A stretch of 64,000 nt of DNA from Candidatus Sulfomarinibacteraceae bacterium (GCA_963796455.1 CAWCLO010000005.1:128001-192000), one strand, 5' to 3'; counted from the stretch's first letter, positions 19,437 through 29,022 are shown. Program-made: numbers and translations. The notes: generated from the letters alone by a model not told the origin.

Positions 19437-20812
19437 TGAAGATCTGCGGACATCGATTGCTGATCGTCGAGGACGAACCGCTGCTTCGAATCACCATGGC
19501 GGACGCTCTGCGCAAAGAGGGGTGGGCAGTGGACGTCGCTGAGGACGGCGTCAAGGGGGCAGCCCTCTTCGAGCAGCATCAACACGACCTCGTTCTCTCT
19601 GATCTGGTCATGCCCCGCCTCGGCGGTGTCGAGCTGCTGAAGCGGATCAAGGCGTTGAGCCCCGACACCACAGTGGTCATCATCACCGCACATGGAACTG
19701 TGGACCGCGCCGTGGAAGCGATGCGGGAAGGTGCGGCAGATTTTATCGCCAAGCCCTTCTCGATGGCCCAGCTGGTCGTCCGGCTGAGCAACGTCTGTTC
19801 GGTTCGAATTCTCCGCGAACAGAACGTCCGGCTGCAGGCCCAGCTCGAACAGCGCCACTCCTTCGCCAATATCATCGGCAAAAGCAGGGTCATGCAGGAA
19901 GTCTTCGAGCTCATCCGCCTGGTCGGCGATTCAGATGCCTCGGTGATCGTCCACGGCGAGAGCGGAACCGGCAAGGAAATGGTGGCGTCGGCCATCCACT
20001 TCAACTCGCCCCGGCGGGCCAAGCCCTATCTTCGAGTCAGCTGTGCGTCGCTGCCGGAGTCCCTCATCGAATCCGAGCTCTTCGGCTACGAAAAGGGCGC
20101 CTTTACCGGTGCCAGCGAGCGCCGCATCGGTCGATTCGAGGCAGCCAGCGGCGGCACGCTTTTCCTCGATGAGATCGGGGAGCTGCCAATGACTTTTCAG
20201 GTCAAACTCTTGCGCGTCTTGCAGGAACGGCAGATCGAGCGCCTCGGCTCCAACCGCCCGATCGATATCGACGTCAGGATCGTCTCGGCGTCGGTGCGCT
20301 CTTTGGAAGAGGAGATCCGCCAGGGCCGATTCCGTGAGGATCTTTATTTCAGGGTCAATACGGTGGCCATCGATCTTCCCCCTTTGCGCGAGCGCAGAGA
20401 GGACATTCCCCTTCTTGCCGACAGCTTTCTGCAGGAATTTGCCGCCGATCGGCGTCGCGAAATCGACGGTTTTACCGATGACGCGGTTGATCTCCTGGAG
20501 ATGTATCCGTGGCCCGGAAACGTCCGCGAACTCCGCAACGTCATCGAGCGCGCGGTCCTCTTCTGCCGCGGACCGGTGGTAGGTGTCGAAGAGTTGCCGC
20601 CAAACGTCCGCGGTGGGACCAACGAAACAGCCACCACGGATTCCTCCCAGGTGGTGGTGATGCAAAAGGCGGTCGAGCAGGCTGAGGTCGACGCGATCCG
20701 CGCCGCACTGGCCGCGACCAACGGTAAGCGGGCAGATGCCGCCGAGCTTCTCGGTATCAGCCGCAAGACGCTGTGGGAGAAGATCAAAACCCTCGAGATC
20801 GTGGTTGATTGA
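19433..20812 (+). CDS. NtrC-family sigma54 response regulator
   Basis: Receiver (VEDE, SDLVMP, AKP), GESGTGKE, GAFTGA, LFLDEIGE, WPGNVREL, Fis HTH. Confidence 0.95.
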   Translation: MMKICGHRLLIVEDEPLLRITMADALRKEGWAVDVAEDGVKGAALFEQHQHDLVLSDLVMPRLGGVELLKRIKALSPDTTVVIITAHGTVDRAVEAMREGAADFIAKPFSMAQLVVRLSNVCSVRILREQNVRLQAQLEQRHSFANIIGKSRVMQEVFELIRLVGDSDASVIVHGESGTGKEMVASAIHFNSPRRAKPYLRVSCASLPESLIESELFGYEKGAFTGASERRIGRFEAASGGTLFLDEIGELPMTFQVKLLRVLQERQIERLGSNRPIDIDVRIVSASVRSLEEEIRQGRFREDLYFRVNTVAIDLPPLRERREDIPLLADSFLQEFAADRRREIDGFTDDAVDLLEMYPWPGNVRELRNVIERAVLFCRGPVVGVEELPPNVRGGTNETATTDSSQVVVMQKAVEQAEVDAIRAALAATNGKRADAAELLGISRKTLWEKIKTLEIVVD

Positions 20813-20911
20813 GGTCGCCGCAGGAAGCGGTCTGCGCCGTGTGTCGCACGGCTTGTGAAATCATCCACAATGTCCGGTTATACTGTGCCGGTGATGGGAC
20901 GGGGTGCTTCG

Positions 20912-22267
20912 ATGAGGGATTTCAGCTGGTTTTCTTTGTTGCTCTGTTTCCTGTTGCTCGTGCCGCTGGTTTCAGCCGAGGAGCAGGTCGAAGAAGGGGA
21001 CAAGAAGCTGCGCGTCCTCTACGACCGTGGCTTCCGGTTTGCCACCAAGGATGGGTCGTATTCTCTGCGAATCAACGGGCTGCTCCAAACGCGGTACTCG
21101 TACGTGGACTACGACCCGAATATCCGTTTCAATCAGCAGGACTACTCGAACTTTTTTGTCCGGCGCGCCAGGCTCTATTTCACCGGCAACGCCGGGAGCT
21201 CACGATTGACGTATTTCCTCCACGTCCAGCTCGAACCCACCCAGGCCATCAACGCCAACGATCTCTGGATCGAGTACGAGTTTTCGGACCTGCTGCGCCT
21301 CGGCGCGGGCCGCAACAAGATCAGCTACGGGCTCGAGTTCATGAACTCAGGATCCGCCCTCGGAATGGTGGAGCGTTCGCTGATGTACGGCGAGACCGAT
21401 ATCGACCTCGGTTCGGTCACCGTGCCCGGTCCCCGTTATCCCGGCGGCGGGAGCGAACGATTCGGCCTGAGCTGGTACGCATACAACGGTTTTGCCACCG
21501 GAGGAATGACGCTCTATCGTTCCCAGGGAATCCAGTTGCGCGGGCAGCGCGGATCCGAAACCGACCCGACCTTCGAGTACCAGGTCGGGGTTTGGCAGGG
21601 TCGAAGCACCACCAGTCTCTCCAACGGCGGCAACGGCCATCTGCTGGCTGCGCGGGTCGGCTATCACCCGTGGGGATTTGTCGACTGGAAAGTGGTCGGC
21701 GATGTCGAGCGCTCGCCGGAATTCAAGCTGGCGGTGATCGGCTCGGCCTACACCAACACCAACGAAGGCACCGATGGTTTCGATGAAGGTGGTTACAACA
21801 TCGCCGCCATCGCGCACTACCGGGGGTGGTCGCTGGATGCCGAGTGGGGAACCGAGAACTACGATTTTGACGATTTCGAGGCTGATTTCAATCGTGAGGG
21901 TTGGCGGGTCGCGATGGGTTGGTACGTGGTGCCACGAAAGCTCGAATTGCGGATCCGCCGGGCCGCCATCACGCGCCTCGGGGACCCTTCCTTCGAAACC
22001 GCAAACCAATCGGGGCTCGGCACCGTCCAGATCAAGGACGGCGACGGCTGGAAGCCTGCCATCGAGGCAGAGATTTCCGAATTCTCGGCCGCGGCAAGCT
22101 ATGCCCTCCCTGGCTGGCGCAACAAGGTGGCGCTGGATGTCTCACGCCTCGTGCGATCCTTTGCGGCAGACCCTGATGCGATCATCAACGGCGTGGCGTC
22201 GCCGATCGAAAAGGCCCCCGACCAGGTGGACCACCGGATCCGCTTGATGGTGCAACTCGTCTTCTAG
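20912..22267 (+). CDS. Outer-membrane porin, OprO/OprP-like
   Basis: Signal peptide, RRARL, ERS motif, alternating beta strands, C-terminal QLVF; start uncertain. Confidence 0.7.
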   Translation: MRDFSWFSLLLCFLLLVPLVSAEEQVEEGDKKLRVLYDRGFRFATKDGSYSLRINGLLQTRYSYVDYDPNIRFNQQDYSNFFVRRARLYFTGNAGSSRLTYFLHVQLEPTQAINANDLWIEYEFSDLLRLGAGRNKISYGLEFMNSGSALGMVERSLMYGETDIDLGSVTVPGPRYPGGGSERFGLSWYAYNGFATGGMTLYRSQGIQLRGQRGSETDPTFEYQVGVWQGRSTTSLSNGGNGHLLAARVGYHPWGFVDWKVVGDVERSPEFKLAVIGSAYTNTNEGTDGFDEGGYNIAAIAHYRGWSLDAEWGTENYDFDDFEADFNREGWRVAMGWYVVPRKLELRIRRAAITRLGDPSFETANQSGLGTVQIKDGDGWKPAIEAEISEFSAAASYALPGWRNKVALDVSRLVRSFAADPDAIINGVASPIEKAPDQVDHRIRLMVQLVF

Positions 22268-22355
22268 TTTTGAGGTTTGAGTTTTAAGTTTTGAGTTCGG
22301 CCGACCTTCAATCACGAAGGGCAACTCAAAACTCATAACTCTTAACTCAAAACTA
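22265..22355. repeat. Inverted heptamer arrays (GAGTTTT-type) between convergent genes
   Basis: 33 bp arms 22265-22297 and 22323-22355, each starting with the TAG stop of a flanking gene; inner CCTTC/GAAGG hairpin. Confidence 0.9.
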
Positions 22356-23420
22356 AGTACTGAGCCCCAGCCGTCCGCCGTCGTAGCTCTCGGCCATGAC
22401 CGTCTCACACCAGGCTTCGTTTTCGAGGTACCAGCGCACCGTCTCGCGGAGCCCGCTGTCGAAATCGAAGGTAGGCACCCAACCGACCTCGGATATGAGA
22501 CGGTCAGCATCGATCGCGTAGCGCAGGTCGTGGCCGGGTCGATCGGCGACGAATTCGATCAATTCGCTTCGATCGCGACCATCAGGACGCATCTCGTTCA
22601 CTGTGTCGCAGATGGCGCGGACGACCTCGAGATTCGTGCGTTCGTTGTTTCCGCCGACGTTGTAGGTTCGGCCGGGACGGCCGCGACGGACGATGAGATC
22701 GAGGGCGCGACAGTGGTCCTCTACGTGGAGCCAGTCGCGAATATTGGCACCCTCGCCATAAACCGGGAGCGCGGCGCCGGCAACCGCGTTGCGAATCATC
22801 AGCGGAATCAGTTTCTCGGGAAACTGGAAGGGCCCGTAGTTGTTCGAGCAGTTGGAGAGAGTCATGGGCAAACCATAGGTCCGGTGCCACGCGCGCACCA
22901 GATGATCTGCCGCGGCTTTGGATGCCGAGTAGGGGCTCGACGGGTCATAGGGTGTTGTCTCGGTGAAGAGACCGTCGGCGCCGAGTGAGCCGAAGACCTC
23001 GTCGGTGCTGACGTGGTGGAAGCGGACGTCGCTGCGATCGTGCCACGCTCCCCGGGCGGCCTCGAGGAGATTGGCGGTTCCGCGGATATTGGTATCGATG
23101 AAGTCCAGCGGGCCGTCGATCGACCGGTCGACGTGGCTTTCGGCCGCGAGGTGAACGACCGTGTCGATATCGTGTTCTTCGAACAGGGATCGGAGGGTGG
23201 AGGCATCGCGGATATCGGCGTGGACAAAGAAATAACGATCACCGTTTCGTGCAGCCACGTCGTCGAGATTTGCTCGGTGACCGGCATAGGTCAGGGCGTC
23301 GATGTTCACCAGCCGGAGCTCGGGATCGTTGTCGAGGGCCAGGCGGATGAAGTTGCATCCAATGAAGCCTGCACCGCCCGTAACCAGCATCGAACGGGGA
23401 CTGTGATCCTTCGTGCTCAT
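22353..23420 (-). CDS. rmlB: dTDP-glucose 4,6-dehydratase
   Basis: VTGGAGFIG, HLAAESHVDRSI, HVSTDEVFG, PYSASKA, NNYGP.QFPEKLIP. Confidence 0.96.
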   Translation of the reverse strand: MSTKDHSPRSMLVTGGAGFIGCNFIRLALDNDPELRLVNIDALTYAGHRANLDDVAARNGDRYFFVHADIRDASTLRSLFEEHDIDTVVHLAAESHVDRSIDGPLDFIDTNIRGTANLLEAARGAWHDRSDVRFHHVSTDEVFGSLGADGLFTETTPYDPSSPYSASKAAADHLVRAWHRTYGLPMTLSNCSNNYGPFQFPEKLIPLMIRNAVAGAALPVYGEGANIRDWLHVEDHCRALDLIVRRGRPGRTYNVGGNNERTNLEVVRAICDTVNEMRPDGRDRSELIEFVADRPGHDLRYAIDADRLISEVGWVPTFDFDSGLRETVRWYLENEAWCETVMAESYDGGRLGLST

Positions 23421-23980
23421 TTCAGATACTCCGGGAGATCGTCCAGAACGGTTTCGGACAATGGGCTCCAGCTCTGGTCGCGTTCAGACAATATCGGATC
23501 GAGTCCGTCGAGCGGCCAATCGATGCCGATGTTCGGGTCGTTCCACGGCAGTCCACGTTCGTCATCAGCGTCATAAAAGGCGGAGCACTTGTACTGGAAT
23601 TCAGCGGTCTCACTGAGAACCAGAAAACCATGCGCCAGGCCTTCCGGTGCCAGGAGCTGGAGTTGATTCGCTGCGGTCAGTTCGACCCCGAACCACTCGC
23701 CGAAGGTTGAACTGCCTCTGCGGATATCAGCTACGACATCAAAGACCCGGCCGTGAGTGACCCGGACCAATTTCGCCTGTGGCTGGCGGAGCTGATAGTG
23801 GAGACCGCGCAACACGCCGCGTTGCGATCGTGAGTGGTTGTCCTGGACAAACTCGTACTGCATGCCGAAATCGGCAAAACGGCGGCGGTTGTAGGACTCC
23901 ATGAAGAAGCCGCGATTGTCTTCAAAGACTCTTGGCGTGATGACCAGAACTCCGGGAAGTCTTGTCTCAGTGACCTGCAC
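23417..23980 (-). CDS. rmlC: dTDP-4-dehydrorhamnose 3,5-epimerase
   Basis: D.RGFF.E, FVQDNHSRS, LRGLHYQ, AHGF, YKC; GTG start at 23980. Confidence 0.94.
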   Translation of the reverse strand: MQVTETRLPGVLVITPRVFEDNRGFFMESYNRRRFADFGMQYEFVQDNHSRSQRGVLRGLHYQLRQPQAKLVRVTHGRVFDVVADIRRGSSTFGEWFGVELTAANQLQLLAPEGLAHGFLVLSETAEFQYKCSAFYDADDERGLPWNDPNIGIDWPLDGLDPILSERDQSWSPLSETVLDDLPEYLK

Positions 23981-24857
23981 GCGATCGCTCCGCGGCCTCG
24001 AGGACTTCGACGAGGTAGGCGCCGTAGGTGGATTTTCCGGCCGCCTCAGCCTCGGATCGAAATTCTTCGGTAGTGATCCACCCCTGGTTCCAGGCAATTT
24101 CCTGAAGGCACCCGACCTTGAGACCCTGCCGGTCCTCGATGGCCTGGATGAAGTTCGAGGCGTCGATCAGGCTCCGGTGGGTGCCGGCGTCGAGCCAGGC
24201 GTATCCTCGTTCGAGCACGCTCACAGTCAGTCTTCTCTGTTCGAGGTATTTGAGGTTGAGATCGGTGATCTCGAGTTCACCACGAGCACTCGGCGTCAGG
24301 CCTGCTGCCACATCACAGACATCCGGGCCGTAGAAATAGAGACCGGGAACCGCGAACGGGCTTTTGGGTTCTTCGGGTTTTTCTTCGATCGACCGGGCCA
24401 GACCATTATCGTCGAATTCAACCACTCCATAGCGTTTCGGATCGCGCACGCGGTAACCGAAAATCCTGGCGCCGTCCTCGAGTAGCGAACACTCCTTGAG
24501 CAGTGAGGCGAGGCCGGGCCCGTGCAGAATATTGTCGCCGAGCACCAGTCCCGCGGCCGAACCCGCCAGAAAATCGCGACCGAGGATGAAAGCCTGGGCG
24601 ATCCCCTCCGGTTCTGGTTGTTCGCAATAGGTGAAGGTCATCCCGAATCTCGAACCGTCGCCGAGCAACTCACGAAATGCCGGTAGATCTCTTGGAGTCG
24701 AAATGATGAGAATTTCGCGGATGCCAGCGTGCATCAGCAGACTCAGCGGGTAGTAGACCATCGGTTTGTCATAGACGGGCAGAAGCTGCTTGCTGACGAC
24801 CTGCGTCACAGGGTGTAGACGGGTACCGGAACCGCCTGCGAGAACGATGCCTTTCAT
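23967..24857 (-). CDS. rmlA: Glucose-1-phosphate thymidylyltransferase
   Basis: MKGIVLAGGSGTRL, KQLLPVYDKPM, EEKP, RGELEITD, WLDAGT. Confidence 0.97.
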   Translation of the reverse strand: MKGIVLAGGSGTRLHPVTQVVSKQLLPVYDKPMVYYPLSLLMHAGIREILIISTPRDLPAFRELLGDGSRFGMTFTYCEQPEPEGIAQAFILGRDFLAGSAAGLVLGDNILHGPGLASLLKECSLLEDGARIFGYRVRDPKRYGVVEFDDNGLARSIEEKPEEPKSPFAVPGLYFYGPDVCDVAAGLTPSARGELEITDLNLKYLEQRRLTVSVLERGYAWLDAGTHRSLIDASNFIQAIEDRQGLKVGCLQEIAWNQGWITTEEFRSEAEAAGKSTYGAYLVEVLEAAERSRAGH

Positions 24858-24893
24858 GCGTTTGTCTCCATCGGCGCAACGATAACACAGGGA

Positions 24894-25077
24894 GGCTTGG
24901 GGCTCGGGGCCTGGGGCTTGAACTCACCCAGGCTTGGGGCTTGGGACCTGGGGCTTGACAACCCCCGCCACAAAACGGATATTCTTGAAGCCTCAAGCCT
25001 CAAGCCTCAAGCCTCAAGCCTCAAGCCTCAAGCCTCAAGCCTCAAGCCTCAAGCCTCAAGCCTCAAGCCTCAAGCCC
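24894..25077. repeat. Inverted heptamer arrays: GGCTTGG-type x8 (two blocks) and AAGCCTC x12 perfect
   Basis: Left blocks 24894-24921 and 24931-24958; right 24988-25071 plus a partial unit. Confidence 0.93.
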
Positions 25078-25079
25078 AC

Positions 25080-25125
25080 TTGACAATATTTCATCACTGA
25101 CATAGTGTATTACATCAGTGACACA
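25080..25125 (+). promoter_or_regulatory. Sigma70 promoter with overlapping YtrA-type GntR operator
   Basis: TTGACA (25080-85), 17 bp, TAGTGT (25103-08); imperfect palindrome TGTATTAC-ATCA-GTGACACA. Confidence 0.7.
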
Positions 25126-25130
25126 GTGAT

Positions 25131-25553
25131 ATGAGCATCCAGAACCTGCTTCACGTCGATCCCAAAGCGGCCGCGCCGATCTGGCGCCAGATCGAGGATG
25201 GCATGCGGCGGTTGGTGGTGTCCGGCAAACTCTCCGAGGGTGTCGCCGTGCCATCGGTCCGAGACCTCGCGAAGAAACTGCAGGTGAATCCCGCGACGGT
25301 GTCCAAGGCCTATCGTCGCTTGACCGATGCCGGTTTGTTGGTTGTGCGGCGTGGTGAGGGGACCTTTGTCGCCGAGATCTCCGGTCGTCGCCGCGAGGTC
25401 GACCGCCTGGGGCTCCTCGCGGATGGGGCTTCGAAATTTGTCCGGATCGCCGAGAGCATCGGCGCCGATCTCGAGGCTGCGCTGGAAGCGGTAGAAACAA
25501 GGTGGAACACCACTCTCTCCGAGGGCGGAGAAGGGTCCGATGATGAGTCCTGA
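25131..25553 (+). CDS. GntR family regulator, YtrA subfamily
   Basis: PIWRQI, PSVRDLA..L.VNPATVSKAY..L...G....RRGEGTFV; short C-terminus; precedes ABC genes. Confidence 0.92.
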   Translation: MSIQNLLHVDPKAAAPIWRQIEDGMRRLVVSGKLSEGVAVPSVRDLAKKLQVNPATVSKAYRRLTDAGLLVVRRGEGTFVAEISGRRREVDRLGLLADGASKFVRIAESIGADLEAALEAVETRWNTTLSEGGEGSDDES

Positions 25554-26460
25554 CGTTGTGGTTGACGTTGACGGGGTGACGATCCGTTATGGAAAGGTAA
25601 GAGCCGTCGAAGACCTTTCGTTTCAGGTCAAGCGAAAGAGTGTGTATGCCCTGCTGGGTCGAAATGGCTCGGGCAAGTCGTCGACGGTGGCTTGCGTCCT
25701 CGGGCAAAGGCGGGTGAGCGCGGGGGCCATCCGTCTTTTCGGTCTCGATGCGTGGGGCCGCCGCCGCCAGACCATGGAGCATGTGGGGGTCGTGCCGGAG
25801 AACCCGGACGTGCCGCCGGAGACCACCGCCGTCGAATTGGCGCGGTTTATCTCCAGGGTCACTCCGCGGTGGGGAAGCACGAAGTTCTTCGATTGGCTGG
25901 ACGAATTCGGGGTGCCGCAGAAACAACGATTTGATCGGCTTTCAAAAGGCCAACAGCGGCAGCTCGCGCTGGCGATGGCCCTGGCCGGATCGCCGAAGCT
26001 CCTGATTCTCGATGACCCGACGCTCGGGCTCGATGCGGTGGCGCGCAGGGATTTGTATCAAGAACTCATCGGAGATCTCGCCGACCGCGGAACAACCGTT
26101 TTTCTCACGACCCATGATCTGGCGGGAATCGAGGGCATTGCCGACCGGATCGGGGTGATGCAGAAGGGCAAGCTCCTTGTCGATGACTCGATGGAGTCGC
26201 TCAAGGCTCGTTTTTGCCGCCTGATCTGGACGGGGGCCGAGGAGGTCCCGAGACAAAAGATCGAGGATGGTCTGAAACACCTGAATGTGGTCTCGATGGA
26301 ACACCTTGGAGGCACCGGCGAAGCGGTTGTCGAAGGATTCTCGGAGGTCGGTTTCGGTCGTTTCCGGGAAGTGGCGGCCGTCAATGTCATGCGAGTTGAT
26401 TCGCTTTCGCTGGAAGAGATCTTTGTGGTTCTGTGCGGCGACAACGGAGACCGGTCGTGA
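25540..26460 (+). CDS. ABC transporter ATP-binding protein (YtrB-like)
   Basis: GRNGSGKS, LSKGQ, LILDDPT, TTH, SLEEIF. Confidence 0.9.
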   Translation: MMSPDVVVDVDGVTIRYGKVRAVEDLSFQVKRKSVYALLGRNGSGKSSTVACVLGQRRVSAGAIRLFGLDAWGRRRQTMEHVGVVPENPDVPPETTAVELARFISRVTPRWGSTKFFDWLDEFGVPQKQRFDRLSKGQQRQLALAMALAGSPKLLILDDPTLGLDAVARRDLYQELIGDLADRGTTVFLTTHDLAGIEGIADRIGVMQKGKLLVDDSMESLKARFCRLIWTGAEEVPRQKIEDGLKHLNVVSMEHLGGTGEAVVEGFSEVGFGRFREVAAVNVMRVDSLSLEEIFVVLCGDNGDRS

Positions 26461-28376
26461 CACCGATGGTGGCGGTCCTGAGGCGCGAGTTCGTTGCGAG
26501 ACGGGCGCTTTTGTCCATAGCCCTGGCGGCGGCCGTCATTGCGTGGCTGATGCCCTTCGCGCCCGGGTTCGGGGACGACAACGCCGCTGAGGTTCGCAGC
26601 CTTGCATCCTTTACCCTGGCGTTGACCCTTGGTTGGGGCCTCGCGATCGGCCTTGGCGCCACGACCTTCGGCGGCGATCTGTCCGAGGGACGATTCGGGT
26701 TCTTTCTCGCCCGCCCGGTTTCGGCCAACTCCCTGTGGTTCGGTCGGATCCTCGCGGTGGTCCTGCTGTCGCTGGCTGCGGAGTTGATCGTCATCGTTCC
26801 GGCGCTTGTCGGCGATGGTGTCCAGGTGCCGATCTTTGGCAGCTTCCTCCAGTGGCAGAATCTCCTCCTGTTCCTCGCTGCGCCGATTCTGTTGGCGCTG
26901 TTGGCCCACACCCTCAGCATCATGCTCCGGGCGCGAACTGCATGGCTGTTTCTCGATCTGGTAGGTGCGGTGGTGACGGCCGTCGTCTTGTGGTGGGTGA
27001 TCGCTTCGTTGGTTTTTTCCGTCGCCATGGACGCGTTGATGGTTGTGGTTGGAGGATTCCTCCTGGTTTTACTCGGGGCCCTCATGGTCGCGGGTCTCGC
27101 CGGGGTCGCGGTCGGGCGGTCAGATCTCCGACGGACCCACCGGGCGGTGTCGATCGTGTTGTGGATGTTCCTGGCCCTCGGTATGGTCGGGGTGTGGGCC
27201 GGGGTCAGGTGGTTGTGGGATTTCGGGCCGGACAAACTCGCGGCCCTCGAGGTCCATTCGGCGGCTGCAAACGGGGAGTGGATCGAGATCACCGGCACCG
27301 GTCAACGACGCTTGGACGTGAGGCGCCGGTTTCTCTATTCGACAAGAGACGGCAGGTTTGTGGCGCTGCCAACCGGGTGGTTTGATTTCCTGGGCGAATC
27401 GGTTTTCTCGCGCGACGGATCGCGAGCTCTGTGGCGTGGTTTTGATTTCCGCCGTGAACCCGGGCTCCTCGAATGGGTGGATCTGAGGGGGAAGGAACCG
27501 GAGCTCCAGCGCTCGACGATCGTCGTCTCCCCGGAGGCGATCGTGACCCTCTCGGCGGACGGGGGTCGGTGCGCGGTGCTCGAGGAGGGGCTGCTGTCGG
27601 TCTACGAGGTCGACGGCGATCGACTCTTGACCGCGACGCATCTTCCCGATCGGATCAGCCGGGCCACGGTGCTGTTCGAGTCGAACTCCAGCCTCCGCAT
27701 CTTTGGTCGACCGGATATCGTGGCGGAGTCGGCGCTCACCATCGCGAGGATGGATCTGGAGACCGGAAAGATCGTGTTGACCGGCGGAGTTCCAGATCTC
27801 GAGAAAAGCCTCCTGATCGCGCTTGACGCCGAGATGCAGACCGCGGTGGTCTGGTCGAGGTCGGATGGCGAACCAAAGAGCGTGAAGTTCGTTGTTGACG
27901 CCGTCGACGGATCGCGCATCAGAGTGCTCGGCAACGGAGGTTTCCCGCGTTTTCTCGGCGACGGGCGACTGCTGACCATGGATGTCGGCGCAGAGGGGGT
28001 TCCGATCCTCATCATCGAGTCGGTTGATGGCGGCGAGCGGATCGAACACCAATTGCCCGCTGGCAGAGCGGAGCGCCTCATCGGCGAGGTCATGCCGGGC
28101 TTGGTGGCCGTCTCCAGACATGTCGATCCGATCGACCCAACCCGGGGAGTGGAAGTCGATCTCATCGATCTCCAGACCGGAGAGGTCCAACCCATGGCTT
28201 CGCCCCTCCGTGGACACGTCCGGTCGTCGCCCTGGCAGAACGGTCATGCAGGCGCCATCCTCTGGTATGCCGAACAACCCGAGGCCCACCGGTTGTTCAT
28301 CGATCAGACGGGTGCCGTCGTCAGGTGGGAGCCGGGAAGCGGAGAACTGATCCATGTAGTTGGTGGTGGACGGTAG
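26457..28376 (+). CDS. ABC-2-type permease with large C-terminal beta-rich (propeller-like) domain
   Basis: About 7 TM helices, GDLSEGRFGFFLARPVS motif, repeated SxDG turns in the C-terminal half. Confidence 0.7.
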   Translation: MTPMVAVLRREFVARRALLSIALAAAVIAWLMPFAPGFGDDNAAEVRSLASFTLALTLGWGLAIGLGATTFGGDLSEGRFGFFLARPVSANSLWFGRILAVVLLSLAAELIVIVPALVGDGVQVPIFGSFLQWQNLLLFLAAPILLALLAHTLSIMLRARTAWLFLDLVGAVVTAVVLWWVIASLVFSVAMDALMVVVGGFLLVLLGALMVAGLAGVAVGRSDLRRTHRAVSIVLWMFLALGMVGVWAGVRWLWDFGPDKLAALEVHSAAANGEWIEITGTGQRRLDVRRRFLYSTRDGRFVALPTGWFDFLGESVFSRDGSRALWRGFDFRREPGLLEWVDLRGKEPELQRSTIVVSPEAIVTLSADGGRCAVLEEGLLSVYEVDGDRLLTATHLPDRISRATVLFESNSSLRIFGRPDIVAESALTIARMDLETGKIVLTGGVPDLEKSLLIALDAEMQTAVVWSRSDGEPKSVKFVVDAVDGSRIRVLGNGGFPRFLGDGRLLTMDVGAEGVPILIIESVDGGERIEHQLPAGRAERLIGEVMPGLVAVSRHVDPIDPTRGVEVDLIDLQTGEVQPMASPLRGHVRSSPWQNGHAGAILWYAEQPEAHRLFIDQTGAVVRWEPGSGELIHVVGGGR

Positions 28377-28387
28377 ACCGGAACCCT

Positions 28388-28454
28388 GCAGAGGAGCAGA
28401 GGGGCAGAGGGGCAGAGGAGCAGAGGGGAAAGGGGGAAAGGGAGAAAGGGAGAA
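28388..28454. repeat. Octamer tandem repeat GCAGAGG(A/G) x5 then GAAAGGG(A/G) x3
   Basis: Read directly; the GAAAGGGA part is inverted relative to 29023-29068. Confidence 0.88.
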
Positions 28455-28512
28455 CGCCCGCCCACGAAGGAAGAGCGAACTCCGCAGTTCACCGCAGATG
28501 AGGAGGAAATCG

Positions 28513-28770
28513 ATGAGCAGAAACCGTTCATTGCGCTTGGCGAGTATCTTGTTGATTGGAGCGATTGGCGTCGTTTTCGCACTCAGTGCTGACGGTATCT
28601 TGGAAGCTGATTCGCAGCCTGAGTACAAGTTTGTGCGTCTAACCGATGATGGCGCGATGCCGGTCATCAGCGATGCGCTCAATCGTGAAGCAGAGCGTGG
28701 CTGGGAACTCGAGGAGATGGCCGTGGTGGCGGGTGAAACGGGAACGATCTATCTGGTGTTCAAGAAGTAG
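28513..28770 (+). CDS. Small exported DUF4177-like protein
   Basis: RBS GAGGAGG, signal peptide, EYK...LN.....GWEL.....FKK pattern. Confidence 0.6.
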   Translation: MSRNRSLRLASILLIGAIGVVFALSADGILEADSQPEYKFVRLTDDGAMPVISDALNREAERGWELEEMAVVAGETGTIYLVFKK

Positions 28771-28859
28771 GACGAGAAATCTAGTTTGGTCCATGTCGGC
28801 GTGGGTAGACGGTGAGTCGGAACCGGATCTCCAGCTCATCTACCCTTTTCCTATCGGCC

Positions 28860-28996
28860 GGAAACAGCCGTTGTGGTGTAGGCGTCTCGCCTGCGCACCG
28901 TGCGGCCGAGACGGCCGCACCACAAAGACCGGAGCCCCGAAGAAATGGTTGCTGTTCACTGTCCCTGTGCGCTATCCGAGACTCTGTCTTGGACAA
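28860..28996 (+). repeat. Composite intergenic element copy 1 (partial) with REP-like doublet at 28871-28925
   Basis: TTGTGGTGTAGGCGTCTCGCCTGC...TGCGGCCGAGACGGCCGCACCACAA plus CTGTCCCTG..CGCTATCCGAGACTCTGTCTTGGA shared with 41059-41302 and 53990-54241. Confidence 0.85.
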
Positions 28997-29022
28997 GAGC
29001 GCATCGAGCATCAAGCGAGCGA

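Noticed and set aside
20838..20860. Possible sigma54 promoter before the porin (TCGCACGGCTTGTGA)
   Set aside because: Both the invariant -24 GG and -12 GC are mismatched.
24988..25077. Tandem arrays as a CRISPR array
   Set aside because: Units are 7-8 bp with no unique spacers, and no cas genes are present.
24897..25100. ORFs made of repeat translations (SLKPQAS; also 12106-12315, 28781-29350, 41157-41345, 53994-54374)
   Set aside because: They are translations of the microsatellite and REP-like elements, with no RBS or family signal.
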